The position numbers were made by a program, and so were the translations under genes. Shown here piece after piece: positions 8,988-16,297 of a stretch of DNA of 64,000 nt. Within the stretch, counting starts at the first letter, position 1. Every line of letters begins with the position of its first letter. Origin of the DNA: Deferrisomatales bacterium (GTDB lineage: Bacteria; Desulfobacterota; Deferrisomatia; Deferrisomatales; JACRMM01); the NCBI GenBank assembly GCA_033551855.1, contig JAWSUI010000018.1:1078-65077 (forward strand). Reading direction: 5' to 3'. Under the pieces are notes generated by a model. The model worked only from the letters and a program-made list of their open reading frames with translations. It did not search any database and had not been told where the DNA came from.

Positions 8988-9847
8988 AGGCCCACGTCCA
9001 CCAGGGTGGCGACGAACACCACCACGCTGATCACCCCGTTCATCGAGAAGAAGGCCGCATCGAGCCGCGAGAGGTCCCGGGGGGTGAGGAGGGCGTGCTC
9101 GTACAGGAGAAGGGCTGCGACCGCCGCCACCCCGAGGGCGTACCACAGGCCCAGCCCGAAGAGGGGAATCTGCAGGGCGAGCAGCACCACCACCGCGGCG
9201 TGGAGGCGGCCGGCCAGCTTCAGGGCGCGGCCGCGGCCCCACCGCTGCGGCACGCTGTGAAGCCCCGCCCGCCGGTCGAAGTCCTCGTCCTGGAGGGCGT
9301 ACAGGACGTCGAACCCGGCCACCCACAGGAGCACCGCGAGCCCCAGGGGCACGATGCGCCAGCTCCACTCACCCGTCACCGCGATCCAGGCGCCCAGGGG
9401 CGCCGCAGCCAGCGCAAGCCCCAGCAGGTAGTGGCACAGGGTCGTGAACCGCTTCGCATAGGGGTAGAGGAAGAGCACGGCCAGGGCCAGGGGGGAGAGC
9501 GCCAGGCACAGCGGGTTCAGCGCCCAGGCCGCCAGCACCAGGAGCGCTGCCCCTCCCAGCGCCAGAACCCAGGCCTCCGCGGGCCGCACCGTCCCGGCCG
9601 GGAGGTGCCGATCGGCGGTCCGGGGGTTTGCGGCGTCGATCCGGGCGTCGGCGATCCGGTTCCAAGCCATCGCCGCCGTGCGCGCCCCCACCATCGCGGC
9701 CACGATCCAGAACAGGGTCCAGAGCCCCGGAATGCCCCCGGCCGCCAGCACCATCCCCGTCAGGGCGAAGGGAAGGGCAAAGACCGTGTGGCTGAACTTG
9801 ATCATCTCCAGCAGGGTCCCCACCCTGCCCCAAGCTGCCTCCCTCAT
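8984..9847 (-). CDS. UbiA-family polyprenyltransferase; the context suggests the menaquinone prenyltransferase of the futalosine pathway (MqnP-like)
   Basis: Motifs: NRIADARIDAANPRTADR (NxxxDxxxD) and YALQDEDFDRRAGLHS. The sequence is multi-pass hydrophobic and is translationally coupled to mqnE. Confidence 0.85.
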   Translation of the reverse strand: MREAAWGRVGTLLEMIKFSHTVFALPFALTGMVLAAGGIPGLWTLFWIVAAMVGARTAAMAWNRIADARIDAANPRTADRHLPAGTVRPAEAWVLALGGAALLVLAAWALNPLCLALSPLALAVLFLYPYAKRFTTLCHYLLGLALAAAPLGAWIAVTGEWSWRIVPLGLAVLLWVAGFDVLYALQDEDFDRRAGLHSVPQRWGRGRALKLAGRLHAAVVVLLALQIPLFGLGLWYALGVAAVAALLLYEHALLTPRDLSRLDAAFFSMNGVISVVVFVATLVDVGL

Positions 9848-9964
9848 GCGCCGTGCCTCGTCTCCCCCAAAAACCCCGCCTGCCGAAAGACCGGTGCTCT
9901 TGCGCTCTGTGCGGGCGGCACCCGCCTCCTCTTTGCTCCTCCCCCCTCAAGAAGGAGGAGGTCG

Positions 9965-10005
9965 CGACAACCCATCCCCACCCTCGCCCTCCCCTGGGAG
10001 GAAAG
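9965..10005. repeat. REP-like element (CGACAACCCATCCCCACCCTCGCCCTCCCCT...)
   Basis: The same 40-45-nt sequence recurs at 43538-43585 (+) and 49566-49610 (-). Confidence 0.8.
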
Positions 10006-10366
10006 AAGGTTCATCCGGTAAACGACCGGGTGGGCCCGCCCCCTCCGGCGGACGATGCCGGACCGCACGGTAGGTGCGCTCCCGCGCCGTATCCGGAATC
10101 CTCGCGGTATCGCCGCTGCCGAAACGGCTGCTCCCGTCGAGCGGCCGTCCGCCTGCGTGGCCGGGCCCACCCGGTCATTTCCCGGAGGAACCGGAAAGAA
10201 GAACCTGGGGCCGCGTGCACCGCGGAGGTCTCACGCGGCGCCCGGCCGTCGGGTCGCCGGCAAGGGATCCGCGGGAGGGGGGAACCCACACGATCCGGAC
10301 CAGAGCCGAAAAACCGCACCGAGTATACGACGACGGCCGAGGTTCGTGAAAGAACCTCCGCACCCT

Positions 10367-10449
10367 GGATCCACCGGCTGGTCGGCGATCGGAGTCCGGG
10401 AGCCCCTGCGTTCCGCCCCGCAATCCGCGGTATTTCGAAGAAGTGCCCC
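10367..10449 (-). repeat. Intergenic repeat module R4 (about 84 nt)
   Basis: Its reverse complement aligns at roughly 85% with 16131-16214 (GGGGACACCTCTTCG...GGCTCCCGGACTCCGCTTGCCGACCAGCCGGTGATTCC). A partial copy lies at 20461-20498. Confidence 0.8.
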
Positions 10450-10754
10450 ACCAGTCCCCGGGGCATGGGCGACGCTCCCGTGCAACATCGTTCCGGCCTG
10501 ACGCCCACGGAACCCGCCTGGGGTTCTCTCACAGGCGCACACACCGCGCCGGAATTCCGGGTCAACCCCCAAACGGCCCACGACCTCGCCCGCAGCCGGC
10601 CGATCACCCGGGTGGAGCCGCTACCGCCGTCGGATGAGAAGCCTGGGGCGCGCAACCGCGGCACCCAGAGCGGAGCCGGATCGGGGGTTCTCTCTCCACC
10701 CTCCGGGCCAACGAGCCGGGCACCAGACGACGAGGAAAGAGCGAAATACGCCTG

Positions 10755-11531
10755 CTAGGCGACACAGGCGGTGGCGACATCATCCGGGATCGGCTCGTAG
10801 ATGTCCCCAGAGAAGGGCTTGAAACCTGCCGGCCAGAGGGAAGTCAGGTTGCAGAGCAACCGAAGCTGGAGCGGGGCTGGCGCAGGGTTCACCCGCTCCA
10901 CGGCGACCGACAGGGTGCTCCCCGCCTTCTCCCAGATCCCGTGAAGGTCCTCGGCAAGGTAACGAGGACAGTAACCCACCGGGTAGACGTCCCGCTCGCC
11001 ACGATCACCCGTTCGAAGCAATAGCGCCTTAGGGTCCTTGGGGTTTTGCAGGTCGTGCATCAGGAAGAGGCGCTCCCCCGGCTCTAACCGCTCGACCCTC
11101 TCGATGGACGCCTCCGGCAGGTGCCGAAGGCCGTGGACCACGAAATGAATGTGATACCTCGCCTCCTCATCGGGTTCGGGGCACGGATACACCTCGAGGC
11201 TGTCCGTGGCGCGCCGGCCGCCGCTTCGCGCCAACAAGACAATGGGGTCGTCTTCGTCGTCCGGCACGTTCAGCCATCGGACGAACTCGCCATACTCTGG
11301 CCGACTTCGAGGAGGAAGCCGGTTCGTGAAGAGGGGAAAAAGGTTTGCCGCCTCGTACACTCGATCGAAGGAAGGGAACCCGGCCAGCCGATCGAACCCG
11401 GCCTGTTTTTCCGCCCTCAGTGCGCCGACCAAGTAGACAAACTGGTAGACCCCAGCTTCCCGCGTCAGCCGCCCCACCGGGAACCAAGCGCGATTCGCCG
11501 GATCCTGCCAGGCGACAAATAGGGTGTTCAT
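10755..11531 (-). CDS. HipS-like (HipA N-subdomain-like) plus HIRAN domain protein; putative antitoxin or sensor partner of the upstream Hip kinase
   Basis: The ATG at 11531 overlaps the restored kinase stop (ATGA). The N-terminal part resembles HipA-N/HipS: LFVAWQD..WFPVGRL..YQFVY and LFPLFTNRLPPRSR. The central part fits the HIRAN pattern: HFVVHGLRH, LEPGERLFLMHDLQNPKDPKALLLR, PVGYCPRYLAEDL. Confidence 0.7.
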   Translation of the reverse strand: MNTLFVAWQDPANRAWFPVGRLTREAGVYQFVYLVGALRAEKQAGFDRLAGFPSFDRVYEAANLFPLFTNRLPPRSRPEYGEFVRWLNVPDDEDDPIVLLARSGGRRATDSLEVYPCPEPDEEARYHIHFVVHGLRHLPEASIERVERLEPGERLFLMHDLQNPKDPKALLLRTGDRGERDVYPVGYCPRYLAEDLHGIWEKAGSTLSVAVERVNPAPAPLQLRLLCNLTSLWPAGFKPFSGDIYEPIPDDVATACVA

Positions 11532-12507
11532 CGGTAACCCTCGCCAATCTTCGCAATGCGTTCACGGCTTGCCCGAAGCATCTCCAGCGCGAACTCGACA
11601 CCCACCTGCGAGATGCGATCACCAGGGATGCGATCCAAAATACCACGAATTTCCACAAGAGAGGCTGTTCGGATACCGTGCGCGCCCAATAGGAACAGGC
11701 TGCCGGGTGCTCGCGGGCAGCCTCCCGGAAGGCGTCAAGGGTGCTCAAAGGCTTCCGGTCCGTCTCCCGGAGAAAGAGGGCCGATGACGCCTTTGACGCG
11801 TAGCCGGCAACCGAGAAGCGCTCATCGCGCGTGGTCAGGCGCGCCTTCCGTCGCTCGTCGGACTCGTTTCTCCCGAGGCTGGAGGCGTGGTCGAACGTCG
11901 GTGCCAGATGTAACCCAAAGCGCGGAAGGTCTTCCTCCTCCTTCACCACCAGGAGACCCCAGTTCTCGTGATGGCGATCCGTGTTCCCGATCCACGCGTC
12001 CAGCGCGAGGTAGCCCAGAAAGACATCCACGGCACTCACCACGCCGGAGGGGCGCTCCCAGCCAAAGGGCGGCCGGAGCCTGGGAGCGGAGAGAATCCGG
12101 AGCACGCGCTCCACGGTATGCTGCGGCACTCGGCATAAGGCACGGGAGCCTGGAGCGGGTTCTGGATAGCCCTCGACGAGGAGCCCCGAGAGCTCATTGC
12201 CATGCACGAGGCTTCCCTTCTCGGGGACGAAGCGAGGCGTCACCACCCCCCGCTTTCCGGCCCACGTGGCCAGTTCATAGCGGGCGTGTGGCAGCCCCAC
12301 CAAGGCGCAGCGCTCGGCGGCCACTTTCTCGGCCCAGTCTTCTCCGGTCCCCTCTCGTACCGCCTTGAACAAGCACTTTCCCAGCCCCGGATGCCAAAAC
12401 CAGAACTTCTCCTTGCTGCCCATCTGTTCCAGGCTGAGGGGGGCGTCCGCGGGGACTTCGACGACCGGGAAGGGCTCAGTCACCCTTGCCCCTGATGGCG
12501 AATTCAA
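11528..12507 (-). pseudogene. HipA-family Ser/Thr kinase (core kinase only, HipT-like size) with a one-base frame break near the 3' end
   Basis: Motifs: MGSKEKFWF, GNTDRHHENWG, LAPTFDHASSLG. The N-terminal frame runs on to 11167 across the next gene. The -1 frame gives a sensible C-terminus (...LVEIRGILDRIPGDRISQVGVEFALEMLRASRERIAKIGEGYR) that stops at 11528. The span is 980 nt (3n+2). The start is TTG at 12507 or GTG at 12483. Confidence 0.75.
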
Positions 12508-12635
12508 CGGTCACCACTTCACACCTCCACCACCGTCTCCACCGCGCCCGGCCGCCACCACGTTCAGTCGGGCAAGGATCATGTCCTTCGCGAACGGGGC
12601 GGGGAACACTCTATATGCCTCTGGTCAGGCGGAAA

Positions 12636-12657
12636 ATTCTGCTGTGATTCTGCTGTG
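12636..12657. repeat. Tandem 11-mer ATTCTGCTGTG x2 in the AT-richer tract upstream of the Hip operon
   Basis: Two exact adjacent copies lie about 130-150 nt upstream of the kinase start, next to TATATG/TATAGA-like sequence. This is a candidate operator or promoter region. Confidence 0.4.
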
Positions 12658-13003
12658 ATTACGGGTTGTCTGGAATCCGCCTGTCTTGCCGGCGCAGGAT
12701 GACCTCCGCGGCACGGGGTTGCCAGCGGGTCGGCAATCCGCGCCTTCGACGAACTCGGCCCCTGATCGTGATCGTCGCCTCGACGTCCTCCGCCCGCGTG
12801 CGGCACGGCCGAGTCCATTACGCCTCAGCTAGGCGGCCGGGTTCGGTGGGGCCCAGGATGGTCTCCCTTCGGGGCCTGTGTCGACAGGTTGCGTCGCGGG
12901 CGGTCCCCGGGCCGGTGCCTCGCTACCCGCACCGCGACGGTTCGGGATTCCCCGGGGCATGGGCGACGGTGCACCGGCGTGCCCTCGTGCCGACACCTGA
13001 CGC

Positions 13004-13159
13004 GGGAGCTTCCGGGTTTTCTGTGGGTGCAAGAAACGTCGGGTTCTCGCGCAGTGGCGCAGAGGCGCCGGGAACGACAAAGAACTCCTCCGCGTCGCAG
13101 CGGCTCTGCGCGAGATCGTTCTTGCCTTTGATGGACCCACTGAGTTTCCGGAAGGGCCC
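13004..13159 (+). repeat. MITE-like intergenic element, copy A (modules R3+R2, about 156 bp)
   Basis: Aligns along its length with 43843-44001 (+), 15758-15918 (-) and 62500-62648 (-). It has imperfect terminal inverted repeats around CTTCCGG...GTGGGT and an internal inverted repeat GTTCTCGCGCAG / CTGCGCGAGA. Confidence 0.8.
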
Positions 13160-13242
13160 TGGCGCGGTCCGGTCGTCGAGCGTCGCACAGCCCTTGAAAC
13201 GTCGAACATCGAACACCGCACGGCCCTTCCACCCCCGTCCCC

Positions 13243-14007
13243 TCACAGATACCCCAGCAACCGGTACCCGGCATACCCGAGGTACTCGTGCACCGCGAGG
13301 GTGGAGAGCTGCAGGGCCCACACCTGGGGCACGTAGTCGAGGGGGGTCCGGCGCAGGGGGGTAGCCCGGTAGTCCACCGGGTAGGGGATGGGCTCCAAGC
13401 CGGCCTTGCGGAAGCATCCCACGGCCCGGGGCAGGTGGAAGGCGCTCGTGACGAGGAAGAACCGTCCGATGCCCCTCTCCCGCAGGAGAGCGGCCGTGAG
13501 CTCGGCATCCTCGTGGGTGGTGCGGCTCTCCTCCTGGAGGAGGATCACCCCGGGATCCACCCCCATCTGCCGGGCAAAAGCACCCAGGAGCTCCGCCTCC
13601 GAGGCGCCGGGCAGGGAGGGGTCACCGCTGCCCCCCGAGATCACGAGCCACCGGGCGCGCCCCTCCAGCACCAGGCGGGCGCCCTCGATGATGCGCTCGG
13701 GACGGTCGTGGAACTCCACCCGCTCCAGGCTCGAGCGGGCCAGGTCCACGGTGCCGGCCAGCACCACCGCCGCCTCGGCACGGCTGTCCCGGGCCGGCAC
13801 GGGGAAGGCCCGCTCGAGGGGGACCACGAGCCGCTGCGCCACGGCCCCGCTGCCCAGGGCGGCCAGCAGTCCCAGGGCCAGGAGGAGGAAGAAGCGGGAG
13901 GTCCAGGGGGCCCTCCAGGAAAGGAGGAACCCCAGAACCAGCAACCAGCAAGCGACCGCCAGGGGCATGCCCACGGCGGTCAGCAGCTTGATCACTTCGA
14001 AGGGCAC
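13243..14007 (-). CDS. YdcF/ElyC (DUF218) family protein with an N-terminal membrane anchor
   Basis: Blocks: AAVVLAG, WLVISGG, ESRTTHEDA, FFLVTSAFHLPRA. Starts at GTG with an AGGT Shine-Dalgarno, 13 nt after the fba stop. Confidence 0.75.
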   Translation of the reverse strand: MPFEVIKLLTAVGMPLAVACWLLVLGFLLSWRAPWTSRFFLLLALGLLAALGSGAVAQRLVVPLERAFPVPARDSRAEAAVVLAGTVDLARSSLERVEFHDRPERIIEGARLVLEGRARWLVISGGSGDPSLPGASEAELLGAFARQMGVDPGVILLQEESRTTHEDAELTAALLRERGIGRFFLVTSAFHLPRAVGCFRKAGLEPIPYPVDYRATPLRRTPLDYVPQVWALQLSTLAVHEYLGYAGYRLLGYL

Positions 14008-14020
14008 GGGACCTCGCCCC

Positions 14021-14995
14021 TCAGGCCCGCCCGGCGCTGCCCAGCACCTTCTCGTTCTTGTGCTTGAGCAGCTTCACGAGCTCGGAGCGGGCGGCGCCCA
14101 GGTACTTGCGGGGGTCGAACTCCCGCGGGTTCTCGGCCAGGTACTCCCGGATCTTGGCGGTAATGGCGAGCCGACCGTCCGAGTCGATGTTGATCTTGCA
14201 CACGGCGCTGGCGGCGGCGCGGCGCAACTGCTCCTCGGGGACCCCCACCGCCCCGGACAGGTCGCCGCCGTGGGCGTTGATGAGGTCCACGTACTCGGGC
14301 ACCACGCTGGAGGCCCCGTGGAGCACGATCGGAAAACCGGGGATCCGCCTCTCCACCTCCTCCAGGATGTCGAAGCGAAGGGGCGGCACCTCCTCCCGGC
14401 TCTTGAGCTTGAACTTGTACGCGCCGTGGCTCGTGCCGATGGAGATGGCCAGGCTGTCGACCCCGGTACGGCCCACGAACTCCTCCACCTCCTCGGGCTT
14501 GGTGTAGTGGCTCACCTCGGAGCTCACGTCGTCCTCGATGCCGGCCAGCACCCCCAGCTCCCCTTCCACGGTGACGTCCCTCTCGTGGGCGTAGGCCACG
14601 ACCTGCTTCGTCAGCGCCACGTTCTCCTCGAACGGGTGGTGGGAGCCGTCGATCATGACCGAGGAGAACCCGCTCTCGATGCAGGACACGCACAGCTCGA
14701 ACGTGTCGCCGTGATCCAGGTGCAGGCAGATGGGAATTGGGCTCCCCAGGTCGCAGGCCATGGCCACCGCGCCCTGGGCCAGATAGCGCAGGAGCGTGGC
14801 GTTGGCGTACTTGCGCGCCCCGCTCGAGACCTGCAGGATCACGGGGCTGCGGGTCTCGGCGCAGGCCTGCACGATGGCCTGGAGCTGCTCCATGTTGTTG
14901 AAGTTGTACGCGGGGATCGCGTACTTCCCTTCCATGGCTCCGCGAAACATCTCCCGGGTGTTGACCAGTCCGAGCTCTCTGTAGTGGACCGCCAT
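14021..14995 (-). CDS. fba: Class II fructose-1,6-bisphosphate aldolase
   Basis: The ATG at 14995 (MAVHYRELGLV) is preceded by GGAAGGAGG. Motifs: AIPAYNFNNMEQ, SPVILQVSSGARKY, LHLDHGD, MIDGSH, LVLHGASS. Confidence 0.9.
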   Translation of the reverse strand: MAVHYRELGLVNTREMFRGAMEGKYAIPAYNFNNMEQLQAIVQACAETRSPVILQVSSGARKYANATLLRYLAQGAVAMACDLGSPIPICLHLDHGDTFELCVSCIESGFSSVMIDGSHHPFEENVALTKQVVAYAHERDVTVEGELGVLAGIEDDVSSEVSHYTKPEEVEEFVGRTGVDSLAISIGTSHGAYKFKLKSREEVPPLRFDILEEVERRIPGFPIVLHGASSVVPEYVDLINAHGGDLSGAVGVPEEQLRRAAASAVCKINIDSDGRLAITAKIREYLAENPREFDPRKYLGAARSELVKLLKHKNEKVLGSAGRA

Positions 14996-15242
14996 CGTGC
15001 CCTCCTTCCCAGAGGTGAAATGGGGCGCTTCCGGGCAATGACGGATTCCGGTACCCGAGGACGGCCGGGGGGGTCCGACGGCGCAGGCGGACGGCCGCTC
15101 GATGAACCGGTCCCGGTCGGGGTCCGTAATCCTTTCGGGTGTTCCGGAGCACCCGAGGGCTCGCAAGCGTCGGGTCGCCCGGCACCGGCCCATCCTAGCG
15201 GATCGGACGGGCCGTTCCAACCTCGCGCCGCGGCTGCGGGCG

Positions 15243-15668
15243 TCACTCCGTCCAGAGGGGGAGCCCGGTGGCTTCGTCGTGGCCCCGGTGGAGCTCCTCC
15301 CCGTCCAGGACCTCGACCGCGAACTCGCACGCGAAGACCCGCGTGCCCGGGGCCAGGTGCCCGCCGAACGCCCGCCCCTGGGCGTCCCCCAGGGTCACGT
15401 GGGCGTGGACCATAGGCTCCCCGTCCCGCAGGGAGACGTTCCCCAGCAGGGCGAGGATCTCCAGGTCGGTGTCGAACTCCAGGTAACGGTACTCGAAAGC
15501 TCCCTGGTCGTAGTACCCGACCCGGGCCCTCTCCACGGCCCCCAGGGCCTCCACCCGCCCCAGCCGCACCCCCTCGCGCCTCACGAAGGCGGTCAGGCAC
15601 TCCAGCAGGTCGTCTCCCCTGCGAAGCCTTCCCATGAGAACCTCCCGGACGCGCAGCCTTCGGACCAT
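15243..15668 (-). CDS. PPC (DUF296) domain protein
   Basis: The ATG at 15668 has a GGAGGGAG Shine-Dalgarno. The protein is 141 aa. Sequence: LECLTAFVRREGVRLGRVEALGAVERARVGYYD...ILALLGNVSLRDGEPMVHAHVTL. Confidence 0.65.
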   Translation of the reverse strand: MVRRLRVREVLMGRLRRGDDLLECLTAFVRREGVRLGRVEALGAVERARVGYYDQGAFEYRYLEFDTDLEILALLGNVSLRDGEPMVHAHVTLGDAQGRAFGGHLAPGTRVFACEFAVEVLDGEELHRGHDEATGLPLWTE

Positions 15669-15757
15669 CGTCTCCCTCCTGTCGTGAAGAGGTTGATCGG
15701 AGCGGGAACCTACCACTGCCGGCCCGCGGACACAAAGGCCCCCGGCCGCCGGAACCC

Positions 15758-15918
15758 GGCCCTTCCGGAAACTCAGCGGGGCAATCCAGGGCAAGAACGA
15801 TCTCGCGCAGAGCCGCAGGGGCGCGGAGGAGTTCTCCGTCTTTCCCGGCGCCTCTGCGCCACTGCACGAGAACACGACGGTTCCTCGCCCCCACGAAGAA
15901 CCCGGAAGCACCCGGTCC
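15758..15918 (-). repeat. MITE-like intergenic element, copy C
   Basis: Reverse-complement alignment to 13004-13159 and 43843-44001. Confidence 0.8.
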
Positions 15919-16130
15919 CCCGCTGGGCACCGTTTCGAACGGCAGCGGATTGCGGAGCGAAACGCAAGGCCCCCCGACTGCGCTTTCCCGGGGGATCGAG
16001 ACCCCGGGCCCAGAATCCACCACCACAGTGTGAGGCGGAGTCCGGGAGCCCAGGAGTGCAGCCCCGCACCGCATCCACCGAATCGACGAGGCCGGGGCAA
16101 ACGGGTGAAGGCCGGCGCACCGGCGACTGC

Positions 16131-16214
16131 GGGGACACCTCTTCGTATGACCGCGGATGGCGGGGCGAAACGCAGGGGCTCCCGGACTCCGCTTGCCGAC
16201 CAGCCGGTGATTCC
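16131..16214 (+). repeat. Intergenic repeat module R4
   Basis: Matches the reverse complement of 10367-10449. Confidence 0.8.
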
Positions 16215-16297
16215 AGGGGGCCGGGCCGCCCCCTGTTGCACGCCCTCGGGGATACGGTACTCTCTGCGACCGGGGACCAACCCCTCCAGGAGGAGAG

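Noticed and set aside
9853-10758. 301-aa (+) and 217-aa (-) ORFs in the gap between the prenyltransferase gene and the Hip module
   Set aside because: They overlap each other, are Arg/Pro/Gly-rich, cross several dispersed repeat modules, and have no convincing RBS or motif.
11167-11527. The 3' extension of the Hip kinase ORF that overlaps the next gene by 365 nt
   Set aside because: The text is implausible (WIASLVIASRRWVSSSRWR...). The -1 frame gives a normal C-terminus that stops in an ATGA overlap at 11528, so I interpret the extension as a consequence of a one-base frame break.
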